Origin: a virus
Lineage: Duplodnaviria; Heunggongvirae; Uroviricota; Caudoviricetes
Length of the DNA: 64,000 nt
IMG/VR virus record: IMGVR_UViG_3300009165_000005
Direction: 5' to 3' (one strand)
Made by a program: the position numbers and the translations under genes. The notes under the pieces are model-generated. The model made no database searches. It saw only the letters and a program-made list of their open reading frames with translations, and was not told the DNA's origin. Shown here piece after piece: positions 56,381 through 64,000 of the stretch. The stretch's first letter is position 1, and each line of letters begins with the position of its first letter.

Positions 56381-57726
56381 TAGTAGTTAGCGTTCTTCCA
56401 GGCCAAAGTCCTTCCACGGTACTCACGTTCATCGGGGATATTGGTCTTCTCAGTGATCTGGTCGTTAGCTTCGAACTCAGGACCACTTGGTGCAAACTGC
56501 GTGGCTGCAAACTTAACTGGATTTCCAACAGGCACTTTATACCTGACATCCTTCTCATCCACATAGTTGATGGTGAAGTGTTGCTGGAGGATGGTCCCTC
56601 GATTGGTAGGGCGCCTCACAGGCCCAATACTGTAGCGATCCCCATCAATCTTCAGGATGAAGTCACGATGACTAAGAAGAGGTTGAGGACCCGTCCAAAC
56701 CTCATAGGAGTGAACTACGTTCCTACCAAGCTCACTCTGAGTTACCTTCCTCTCAGCATCATCAGGGGCGAGAATGATCTCGTAAGGACCCTCGTACGCT
56801 CCAAGAATACCACTCCCATAGCACTTTAAGCAATCCGCTAGGGGTTGCTTGTGGATCTGATCATAACAAGAGCATTGGATCCCAACTACCTTCCTGAGGT
56901 AGACTCGAGCTCTCTCGCCACCCTGTTCAAGGATCCAACGATTTCTCCTGACCGCTTCCCTCCAGTAGTTGTCGAGCTTCTCGATCTCGAAAGTGTTAGT
57001 GGCCGCTGCATTCCCTATAGGAGTTTCAACCAGGTTATCTGGGGTAGCTTCCACCCAATTACAAATAGGGTACCCAACCGTTGTGACTCGGTAGAAGATC
57101 CGTTGAGCTAGATCTGTTCGAACCAAGTCCCTCGTATACCGATACGTGCAGGTCACTCGACTTGTAGGCGTGGGGATGACCGGATCAATCAGTTTTTGTA
57201 ACGCAGTATCCATGTAAACATGGGCATCGATTTCGACCTCTCCTGTTTGACCATTCACCCAGAAGACTTTGGCCTCAATGCCATCTACGAATACTCGAAC
57301 ATCATGAGGACTATTGGAGGGAATACCTCGAGCACCCTCACCGACGATAGGATACTCTTGAGTCTTGAACACGTATCGAGGCCCATCCATCCCAGTCGAA
57401 GGGATGCCAAATAGAATGAACTGTTGGCTCACGTCCTCCTCAACGATCAGCTCGTTGTCCGTTTGGTCGAGCCAATAAGTTGCCCCTACTGGGAGTTCGG
57501 TTATCCTTCGGTAAGGCCCAAACTCAGAATCAAAACTACGGTAGATGTTGACACCAAGGATCTGAAACCTACTGTTTAGGGCTAGGATCGCAGGATTATC
57601 CCATTGCAGGTTGATCAATCCCTTGATATCGCTAGACATGAACAGATTTAAGGGAGGAGCTGGCCAAGGAGTTTTGGTCAGCTCCGTAAGTCCCGGCGTT
57701 CTGTCACGATTGCTCACATCCGCCAT
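56380..57726 (-). CDS. putative head-closure/neck protein with FN3-like N-terminus and Zn-binding CxC...CxxC
   Basis: ILEQGGE...VYLRK..G.QCSC.......DC.KCYG.G..GAYEGPY; LLSHRDFI....GDRYSIGPV. Confidence 0.55.
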   Translation of the reverse strand: MADVSNRDRTPGLTELTKTPWPAPPLNLFMSSDIKGLINLQWDNPAILALNSRFQILGVNIYRSFDSEFGPYRRITELPVGATYWLDQTDNELIVEEDVSQQFILFGIPSTGMDGPRYVFKTQEYPIVGEGARGIPSNSPHDVRVFVDGIEAKVFWVNGQTGEVEIDAHVYMDTALQKLIDPVIPTPTSRVTCTYRYTRDLVRTDLAQRIFYRVTTVGYPICNWVEATPDNLVETPIGNAAATNTFEIEKLDNYWREAVRRNRWILEQGGERARVYLRKVVGIQCSCYDQIHKQPLADCLKCYGSGILGAYEGPYEIILAPDDAERKVTQSELGRNVVHSYEVWTGPQPLLSHRDFILKIDGDRYSIGPVRRPTNRGTILQQHFTINYVDEKDVRYKVPVGNPVKFAATQFAPSGPEFEANDQITEKTNIPDEREYRGRTLAWKNANY

Positions 57727-57785
57727 TTTGAGTAATCCTCAATTGAGGCTCCCAATAAGGGGAAACTGAGCTCAGAGAACCATGC

Positions 57786-58124
57786 TTACCCAGCAGGATG
57801 GGCAGCACTAGTTTGAGCAGCCATCACGCTCTCAAGCTCTGCTTGAGATAGGACCTTGATCTGCCCAGTACCAGAATCGATGGTGACGGGTTGATTCGGG
57901 GACAACCCTCGCTCAAGAAGAACCCTCTCGAACAGTTTCTGCCGTTCATTGTCGATCGCACTAGCCGAACGCATGAGCTTGACCTTCTCCAACTCGATGT
58001 CCAGCAAACGGTCACCCACCCTCAGACGTGAATCTTGAAGTGCAGTGAACCTGGCACGAGAATCATCGTCAATAGGGTCATCCACGGTCAAACGCTTCTT
58101 TTCTTGTTCAATCTGAGTATCCAT
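57786..58124 (-). CDS. hypothetical coiled-coil protein (about 112 aa)
   Basis: GGAG RBS before ATG 58124. Confidence 0.6.
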   Translation of the reverse strand: MDTQIEQEKKRLTVDDPIDDDSRARFTALQDSRLRVGDRLLDIELEKVKLMRSASAIDNERQKLFERVLLERGLSPNQPVTIDSGTGQIKVLSQAELESVMAAQTSAAHPAG

Positions 58125-58165
58125 CTTTAGCTCCAAAGTAGTGCTGTCCCCTTCTAACAAGTAGA

Positions 58166-58381
58166 TTAGTCAGGACATCCCGTGCATCCTCGTCGAATGA
58201 CATAGGAAAGGGAGGGCCCATGATCCGGTATCAGCGTCAGCATCCCATTGGAGAAGCTGAGTTTGACCAACTTAGCCCCTCTCTGCCTCAGCTTGTCAGT
58301 ACCTTCGTTAACTGCAGCTAAGCACTTCCCGAAGTCTTCCGGGGACAGTAGCTCATTGCACTCGAAGGGTACTGGGAACAC
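58166..58381 (-). CDS. hypothetical protein (71 aa) ending in CxxC
   Basis: Fills the gap. GTG start preceded by the CTCGGTGTA motif. Confidence 0.55.
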   Translation of the reverse strand: MFPVPFECNELLSPEDFGKCLAAVNEGTDKLRQRGAKLVKLSFSNGMLTLIPDHGPSLSYVIRRGCTGCPD

Positions 58382-58390
58382 TCAGTTGGA

Positions 58391-58399
58391 TACACCGAG
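58391..58399 (-). promoter_or_regulatory. CTCGGTGTA motif 9 nt upstream of a GTG start
   Basis: Same motif and spacing as 39832-39840. Confidence 0.5.
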
Positions 58400-58405
58400 T
58401 AAGAG

Positions 58406-60130
58406 CTAAGTTGAGTAGATGAAGTTCAAAACTCTAGCCTTGGTTTCATCAGGATTGTGCTTCACTTCTGACTCCCACACCACTAAGCACGCAATACCAA
58501 CCTCTTCGAAAGCTTTCACTAGCTCAGACTCGTGTTCGAAATTAGCTTTCCCAGTAAACATACGTGAATGCCAAAAGTTACCGAACAACTCAACCACCTT
58601 GGTGACGCCCTTCTTAGGGTGTTCAGGATCTGACCCTGGAAGAATGAAGTCAGGGTTCTTGTGATGCCCAAGAAGTGGCAACCATCTCCAAAAGTCCCCA
58701 GTACCTGTATACAGTAGCTCAGGAGCCATCGCCTGAAGAAGACGCTCTGGCAGATTGGGCCCAGGTCTTCGAATTTTCTCTAACTGAGCTTTGGCATACT
58801 CTCGATTCATCATCGGATGTGGAACTCCATAGTTAGCGATATTCGTTTGACGAGCTTTCTCCTTCACCTCTTCTGCTTGGATAGCGTATGGAACCCCATA
58901 GTTAGCGATATTCGTCTGACGAACCTTCTCCCTCACCTCTTCTGCTTGCATCGCATATGGAACCCCATAGTTAGCGATATTCGTCTGACGAACCTTCTCC
59001 TTCACCTCTTCTGCTTGCAAAACACATGGAACCCCATAGTTGGCAATGTTCGTCTGACGAGCTTTCTCCTTCACCTCTTCTGCTTGGAAAACACATGAGA
59101 CCCCATATCGATCTTGAACTGTAGCGCTAAGTCTTGCATAAACCTCAGGACTTTGAAGTGGACTGTCGACACCATACTTGGCTTGACAAGTGGCCCGGCG
59201 CTTCTCTAGGAATTCAACCAACAAGAGAGGGTGAGTGGCCCCATAACGACGAACGAAAGTAGCGACCGTTTTCTCCCAGAAACCTTCAATCTGGGATGGG
59301 TGGCTAACCCCATATCTTTGTTGAAGAGTCGCTCTGATGGCCGCCCGCCCTTCCTCAGAGACAAAGTAGTAACTACCATAAGTTTCTAGCTGCGTCTTAG
59401 CCTGACGGGCCTGAACTTCTGGGTTCTGGCTCGTCCACTCAACACCCCAACGCGCTAAATTGGTTTGCCGAGCCCTCTCTTTCACTTCCGGAGACTTAGA
59501 AGCTTTCTTAAACCCATAGCGAGTCAGGTTGGTTGCCTCAATTTTTGCTAATAAGATCGGTGAAGCACAAAGCTCCCCACCATACCTACTAAGGCACGTG
59601 GAACGAGTCCGATCCCGGATCTCTGGGGCCTGTTGAGGATTTTCAAACCCATAACGCTCAAGGTTCACTCTACGAATCTTCTCTTGGACTTCGGTCCACG
59701 CAAATGGGTTGGCCGAACCCTTGAGAATTGGTCTCTTTCCGTCAAGGGAGTCCTGAACCTTGTCGAAGATCGAAGACTCCCGACAAAACACATTTTCAGC
59801 CCCATAACGATCTAGAAGCGTACTCTTACGCTTTTCCTCAGCTTCTGGAATCTTTCTAGGATTTGTTGCACCAGACCCATGATTCCTCTGAAGGGTATCA
59901 GCTAATCGAGCCATTTGGATCTCACCGCGATCTCGATTCTTCCAAGCAGGGCACTGAGACCTATGCCTCTTCATCTGGGTCAAAGAGGTTGACTCATGCC
60001 CGCAGAGGCATGGGAGCGGCTTAGTAGACCTCCCATTAGCAACCCAGCCAGCACAAGTAACCTTGTGACGCGAGTTGATGAAATCAGACTTAGGAAAATG
60101 GATCCCGCAGTATGGACAGGTAACAGCCAT
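58406..60130 (-). CDS. free-standing endonuclease with about 23-aa 'TNL.RYG' helical repeats and C-terminal Vsr/PD-(D/E)xK-like domain
   Basis: More than a dozen K.R.T...(R/K)YG...P.Q repeats. C-terminal KNPDFI...KVVELFGNFWH...CLVVWESE. N-terminal Zn fingers. Confidence 0.75.
   Translation of the reverse strand: MAVTCPYCGIHFPKSDFINSRHKVTCAGWVANGRSTKPLPCLCGHESTSLTQMKRHRSQCPAWKNRDRGEIQMARLADTLQRNHGSGATNPRKIPEAEEKRKSTLLDRYGAENVFCRESSIFDKVQDSLDGKRPILKGSANPFAWTEVQEKIRRVNLERYGFENPQQAPEIRDRTRSTCLSRYGGELCASPILLAKIEATNLTRYGFKKASKSPEVKERARQTNLARWGVEWTSQNPEVQARQAKTQLETYGSYYFVSEEGRAAIRATLQQRYGVSHPSQIEGFWEKTVATFVRRYGATHPLLLVEFLEKRRATCQAKYGVDSPLQSPEVYARLSATVQDRYGVSCVFQAEEVKEKARQTNIANYGVPCVLQAEEVKEKVRQTNIANYGVPYAMQAEEVREKVRQTNIANYGVPYAIQAEEVKEKARQTNIANYGVPHPMMNREYAKAQLEKIRRPGPNLPERLLQAMAPELLYTGTGDFWRWLPLLGHHKNPDFILPGSDPEHPKKGVTKVVELFGNFWHSRMFTGKANFEHESELVKAFEEVGIACLVVWESEVKHNPDETKARVLNFIYST
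58821..59107. repeat. 69-bp tandem repeat, about 4 copies, within the endonuclease gene
   Basis: Encodes GV....QAEEV(K/R)EK(A/V)RQTNIANY four times; DNA copies are nearly identical. Confidence 0.92.
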
Positions 60131-60187
60131 GAACTTGACTTACACCTAGTAAGATCAAGAACTTACAAAAAACCGCCGCCGCCCAAC

Positions 60188-61072
60188 CTACAAAAATTTT
60201 GCTGGCGCGAGTACCCCCCGACCAACATACGGCCCGAAGGCCGACCTTATACCAGCCCCATATTTTGGCTGCTGTAAGCCCTTAACCACTTTCACAGTGG
60301 CCTTGGCGCGCTCAATCTGTTTGTCAAACTGATCAGAAGCCCCTTGTTTCAGGGACTCGTACTTACTCGACTTGTCTAGGTTCAGACTCACACCACCTAT
60401 TGAGTAATCGAATTCATCCGCGATCCAGTTGGCTTGCAGAGCATTAACAGCTAGAACCTCAGCACCCCACAGAAGGAGAGTTCTCCACTCAGGGCGTTGT
60501 TGCATCATGTGATCCAGACTGTTGAAGGGCGTCCTAGGTGGGGTTGCGATAATCGAGTCCAGAGCGAAGTCTAGGAACTGAACCAACTCGATATCTTCCC
60601 AAATGTAACCAAAGACCTTACTGAACTGATCAATGGTCTCCTCGTGCGCTGGGGGGCGGAACTTGTAATTGCGATCCGGATTGGCATCCCGAAGCATGTA
60701 CCGAAGATTCTGCAACAGCATGAGCTGAGTTGAAGTAAAGAAGGATGGGGTTGCAACCTCTCGATCCTGAATGCTGAACTCCTGAACCACGGATTGAAGA
60801 GGACCACCAACCATCTCACGCATGGTCCATCGAACCCGATAGTCACCAATATTAGCGTCTAGGGGTATCACTAAGCTGACGAAGTACTCCCCAACTGAAG
60901 CATTTACCGGTACTCTACGTTGAGGACCAACAAGAACCTCTTGACTTGTAGTGAAGTCATAGATGGCATAGCTAATCTCTGCAGCGTTGATTGGGTGACC
61001 CGATGAGTTGGTCAAAAAGATGTTCAGGTCATTCCGACCCAACTGCTGTCCCCGTAGGAATGAAGTGCCCAT
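60188..61072 (-). CDS. putative head-tail adaptor/neck protein with N-terminal Ig-like domain
   Basis: C-terminal helical domain (W.D.EL..FL..AL...LLL.GA...FDYSIGGVSL.LDKS.KY). N-terminal domain shared with 61076..61558. Confidence 0.5.
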   Translation of the reverse strand: MGTSFLRGQQLGRNDLNIFLTNSSGHPINAAEISYAIYDFTTSQEVLVGPQRRVPVNASVGEYFVSLVIPLDANIGDYRVRWTMREMVGGPLQSVVQEFSIQDREVATPSFFTSTQLMLLQNLRYMLRDANPDRNYKFRPPAHEETIDQFSKVFGYIWEDIELVQFLDFALDSIIATPPRTPFNSLDHMMQQRPEWRTLLLWGAEVLAVNALQANWIADEFDYSIGGVSLNLDKSSKYESLKQGASDQFDKQIERAKATVKVVKGLQQPKYGAGIRSAFGPYVGRGVLAPAKFL

Positions 61073-61075
61073 AAA

Positions 61076-61558
61076 TTACCAACCCCTAGAATCCCTGCAG
61101 CCGCAAGGATTCGGTCTGCAGCACCACGGACCAGTCGTGGATTGAGAACCACATCCCGAAGAACGTCCTGCCATTCCAACCCCAGGAGGAAAGTACTGCG
61201 CGGTATCGAAGACCTCAAAACCAAACTGCTCCCCCAAGAGGGGGCCTTCGAAGTACTCCTGAAGAACCCATTGAACATACCATTGACCCGGCTGACCACA
61301 ATCCCCCGCGCAACCAGTAACGTAGTACTCTCCAAGGGCAGCCTGGACTGGAGTCCTAAGGCAAGGTCCAGCTACAATTGGATTGCAGGATACTGCAGGA
61401 CGATCCGAATAGCGTTGTTGAGGCTGGTACAGCAAAGTGTACTTGACGCTGTACGGATCCAATGGGTTACCAGCCATGTCGGTGACATAGATCGACAGAT
61501 CCCCCCTTTGGAAGGATTGACCTACTCTGAACACACCTGGGCTAGATTTAACAATCAT
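61076..61558 (-). CDS. small Ig-like virion protein with Cys-rich tail; paralog of the N-terminal domain of 60188..61072
   Basis: F..GQ...R.DL.I..T...G.P.....I/V.Y....GP..R.PV.A..GEY.V shared with the neighbour. Confidence 0.55.
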   Translation of the reverse strand: MIVKSSPGVFRVGQSFQRGDLSIYVTDMAGNPLDPYSVKYTLLYQPQQRYSDRPAVSCNPIVAGPCLRTPVQAALGEYYVTGCAGDCGQPGQWYVQWVLQEYFEGPLLGEQFGFEVFDTAQYFPPGVGMAGRSSGCGSQSTTGPWCCRPNPCGCRDSRGW

Positions 61559-61958
61559 CCTTACCTACTGGTCCGACAAATGAAACCTTCAATCCGCCAC
61601 CAGGGGCTGATACTCCGGTGCCTGCATTCACATCATAGTCTTGTGCTAGGATCTGATAGCCCGCTGGGTAACTCAGCATGAGTCTCCAGTATCCGGTAGC
61701 ATTTGGCCGCCATCGGATCCCATAGGAGCCTGTTGACAGGACATCAAAATAGACTTGACCTGAAGTGACCTGAAGGTCTGGAACTCCAACACCAGGAAGG
61801 AGAGGCCATGGGAGCACTGTGTTGTCGTGGTAGACCTCCAACAGCAATTGCGAAGGAATCAGGCCAGTGACACGAGTAAACCCATCCAACTGGAAGAACT
61901 CGGCTTGGTCATAAACAACCAAGTTATTGAATACGAGCCGGCCTCTAGTCGTTGGCAT
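61548..61958 (-). CDS. small beta-rich virion protein; paralog of the C-terminal domain of 61994..62644
   Basis: DQ..F..DG.TR..G...WPL..G.G..DLQVT.G.VY...G....R..PN..G.WR..L.YP shared. Confidence 0.55.
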   Translation of the reverse strand: MPTTRGRLVFNNLVVYDQAEFFQLDGFTRVTGLIPSQLLLEVYHDNTVLPWPLLPGVGVPDLQVTSGQVYFDVLSTGSYGIRWRPNATGYWRLMLSYPAGYQILAQDYDVNAGTGVSAPGGGLKVSFVGPVGKDDC

Positions 61959-61993
61959 GTCATCGTAGGGCTTCTACTAAAGGTTTCTGGCTA

Positions 61994-62644
61994 TCATCTG
62001 ACAAACGATGCGCGGATACCTGAGGAGATCGGAACGGACGTGGGCTGAGCCACATCATAGGATAGGGACACCGCTTGATCGTAGACTGGATAGGTGAGAA
62101 GGATCCTCCAAGCACCAACAACATTGGGGAAGAACCTAAGGGTGAAGAACCCAGTCAGAAACTCGGTCCAGTATACCCTCCCAGCGGTAACTTGAAGGTC
62201 CTGAATACCTGTACCACTTACGAGGGGCCATTCGATCTGAGACCCGTTGAAGAAGATCTTCAGATTCAAATCCCCTACGGTAACCCCTTGGGAGCGAGTA
62301 TGCCCATCGGGCATAAAGAGATCGACTTGGTCGAGAACCAACCTGCTGACGTTGACCGTCCTAGGGGCAGGTTGGTATCGAATTGGAGATTGAACTCCAA
62401 GATTGACTGTAGGGGTAGCTACAAGACCCGAAGAGCCTTCGAAGGTTGTGCGGGCGGTATACTTGACTCCAGCAGCGGTTGTGACACTCGAAGACCCGGC
62501 GACACTAAACCTCGAAGCTAACCTAACCCCTGCACTTGCCCCAATCGAGGAGCTGCCCCCAAAGGCAATAGCAAACGCCTCAGAGGCATGGGACTCCAAA
62601 GAGGAGTTCCCTGACAAGGCGACACTTAGATCAATCAAAGCCAT
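61994..62644 (-). CDS. virion protein with N-terminal F.G.SS beta repeats plus a domain paralogous to 61548..61958
   Basis: Repeats LSGNSSL, FGGSSSI, VAGSSSV, FEGSSGL. Confidence 0.55.
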   Translation of the reverse strand: MALIDLSVALSGNSSLESHASEAFAIAFGGSSSIGASAGVRLASRFSVAGSSSVTTAAGVKYTARTTFEGSSGLVATPTVNLGVQSPIRYQPAPRTVNVSRLVLDQVDLFMPDGHTRSQGVTVGDLNLKIFFNGSQIEWPLVSGTGIQDLQVTAGRVYWTEFLTGFFTLRFFPNVVGAWRILLTYPVYDQAVSLSYDVAQPTSVPISSGIRASFVR

Positions 62645-62684
62645 TGTGCCCTCGGTAACCTCCCCGCAGGGTTCTAGTCAATGG

Positions 62685-63095
62685 TTAGGTCTCGTTGACG
62701 ACGATGGCGCCAATAGCGAAGGATACCTGATCACCAATACCGACGATTTTGGAAACGGCCAAGGCTCCTTGATAGAGCATGGTGCCTGCTCCAAGGGTGA
62801 CACTGTCCATGATGCCACTCCAACCGATTGTGCCCCAAGACCCAGCCGCAACTGAGTAAGTTACCGCCACAGAGTTCGCTACCGAACCAGTAGCAATGGT
62901 TCCCCAAGTAACGGCTTGACGAGTGTAATCCCCGGAGGTTGGTACTACTTCTCCAGTAATAATCCCAGCCGAAGTGGGATTAGTCGTGAAGAGCGCGATG
63001 TATACGGTTGCTGGCCAAGCGTAGGAAAACTGAGAGTTGTTCTTCAGAACCCTATCAAGGACTGAGTTCGCCAACGAGATAGTCTTTGCAGCCAT
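62685..63095 (-). CDS. small phage structural (fibre/decoration-like) protein
   Basis: VYIALFT.NP.......GEV....DY.RQAV.W...WGTI...GI.D.....G.ML..G.L..SK.V..GD..SF..G is a widespread phage virion-protein pattern. AGGAG RBS. Confidence 0.65.
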   Translation of the reverse strand: MAAKTISLANSVLDRVLKNNSQFSYAWPATVYIALFTTNPTSAGIITGEVVPTSGDYTRQAVTWGTIATGSVANSVAVTYSVAAGSWGTIGWSGIMDSVTLGAGTMLYQGALAVSKIVGIGDQVSFAIGAIVVNET

Positions 63096-63120
63096 TTGTG
63101 TCTCCTAACCTTCACCCTGG

Positions 63121-63132
63121 GACAAGTGATTT
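63121..63132 (-). promoter_or_regulatory. AAATCACTTGTC candidate late-promoter motif
   Basis: Identical to the motif upstream of the sheath gene; variants at 44125-44136, 58156-58168 and 38837-38849. Confidence 0.45.
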
Positions 63133-63141
63133 CCTGGGGAC

Positions 63142-63399
63142 CTAACTTACGGTCATGTGGCAAATACTTTTGAGCGATTTTAAGTTGTTTGCGAATGGTT
63201 GAGCAGAAACCTTGGCGGTATTGTTGAACCAACCCACCTTCAACTCATCCATGTTCGCAATCGAAGTGTCGAACACAAAGAACATGCGGTTGCCAGCCTC
63301 ACGGTCCGTACGCTTCAGGGGCACCCCAGCGGTCTGCAAGTAGGCGGCAAAGTATAGGTCCGCAGTACGAAACTCTTTGGAGCCATTCTCTTTTGACAT
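63142..63399 (-). CDS. DUF5659-like small protein
   Basis: FRTADLYFAAYL...G..L.......R.FFVF pattern; GAGGA RBS. Confidence 0.65.
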   Translation of the reverse strand: MSKENGSKEFRTADLYFAAYLQTAGVPLKRTDREAGNRMFFVFDTSIANMDELKVGWFNNTAKVSAQPFANNLKSLKSICHMTVS

Positions 63400-63469
63400 T
63401 GGTCCTCATTTGAGATCTGAATCTAGTCTGATGGGTTGGGTACAGATTTGGGTATGAGATACATCTAAG

Positions 63470-63493
63470 CAGGCCCAACTTGCGCCGGGCCTG
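63470..63493 (-). other. stable hairpin with GCAA tetraloop (possible terminator, processing site or mRNA stabiliser)
   Basis: CAGGCCCGGC-GCAA-GTTGGGCCTG on the minus strand, about 20 nt after a stop codon. No U-tract follows. Confidence 0.5.
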
Positions 63494-63512
63494 AGTGGGC
63501 TCAAACGAAACG

Positions 63513-64000
63513 TTACAGAGCGTACTTATTCGAGAGCATGTCATTCACCTGAACACGGACCCAGGTCTTAGTGGTGGCGGGTATCGTCGGAACGGTAGCC
63601 GTTGCGGCAATGAGGGATGCCGGAATCACAATCGAGGTGTCCGAGACCGTTCCACCAGCAGCCAGGATCTGAGCCTGGGTGATCTGTCGAGCCCCGTTGC
63701 CGATCAGGATGACCGTAGGCTCATAGAGCCCGTATCCCGCCAACCCACCAGAGGAGCCAGCAATGGTCAGAGTACCCGAGAGCGTTAGACCGGTAATGAT
63801 CGGGGTCTTGACGGTAAAGAGAGTCGTCGAGGTCGAGAGCTGATTCACATCCTGAACCACCTGGACCGCTTGACCCTTCGTCGCTGGCGGGTGGTTGAGG
63901 TCACCCCTGGAGTCAGGGTTGAACTCAGTGGACAGATAGCCGTGGATGCACCCAGCTAACACGCTCTTCTTGACTGCATCAGTCTCTATAAGGTGGTATC
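63513..64000 (-). CDS. partial virion protein (5' end outside the window) with C-terminal IPT/Ig-like domain
   Basis: The frame stays open to the window edge (YHLIETDAVKKS-VLAG...). PIITGLTL...LTIAG...SDTSIVIP...VRVQV is IPT/TIG-like. Confidence 0.6.
   Translation of the reverse strand, partial: YHLIETDAVKKSVLAGCIHGYLSTEFNPDSRGDLNHPPATKGQAVQVVQDVNQLSTSTTLFTVKTPIITGLTLSGTLTIAGSSGGLAGYGLYEPTVILIGNGARQITQAQILAAGGTVSDTSIVIPASLIAATATVPTIPATTKTWVRVQVNDMLSNKYAL

Noticed and set aside
58821-59107. CRISPR array or DGR template/variable repeat
   Set aside because: The repeats are contiguous in-frame 69-bp coding units without unique spacers; no cas or reverse transcriptase gene is in the window.
11113-60130. 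Group I introns or inteins hosting the endonucleases
   Set aside because: Flanking genes appear complete with their own starts and stops, intergenic gaps are too short for ribozyme cores, and no intein-like terminal motifs were noticed in the helicase or structural proteins.
899-63788. Numerous plus-strand and nested minus-strand ORFs of 60-179 aa in the ORF track
   Set aside because: They lie antisense to or inside long, motif-bearing minus-strand genes and have no recognisable motifs; treated as shadow ORFs.
1-64000. Stop-codon recoding (seen in some large phages)
   Set aside because: The standard code gives dense, full-length genes, and TAA, TAG and TGA all terminate genes at coupled junctions.
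1-64000. tRNA/rRNA genes
   Set aside because: Intergenic gaps are short and none shows a cloverleaf or T-loop signature by eye.

Overview
The whole window is one co-oriented (minus-strand), tightly packed virion-morphogenesis region, most consistent with a large (jumbo-type) myophage with a contractile tail. In the direction of transcription (64000 to 1) it encodes: small head/neck-associated proteins; putative neck/completion proteins; a coiled-coil protein, a Dps/ferritin-like protein and an actin-like ATPase; a putative tail terminator and an FmdB-type Zn-ribbon protein; a very large (about 1636 aa) tail sheath; a UvrD/Rep-type helicase with three unknown genes; tail tube; two chaperone-like genes; tape measure; two tube-initiator-like proteins (one carrying a GH73/lysozyme-like domain); hub; gp5/VgrG-like spike; large wedge/fibre proteins; and gp25-, gpJ- and gpI-like baseplate proteins. 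Five free-standing endonuclease genes are interspersed, one of them a doubly broken HNH pseudogene. No capsid, portal, terminase, tRNA, rRNA or CRISPR array is visible. The main points of interest are: (i) non-structural proteins inside the structural operon (helicase, Dps-like, small-domain proteins) that share [KR]-x-A-(S) motifs at domain boundaries, suggesting protease-processed, capsid-packaged cargo; (ii) an actin-like ATPase cassette inside the neck/tail module; (iii) shared RRAT-repeat leader elements and two candidate phage promoter motifs; (iv) heavy domain-module shuffling among the tail proteins. All functional calls come from motif recognition and gene order by eye, not from database searches.
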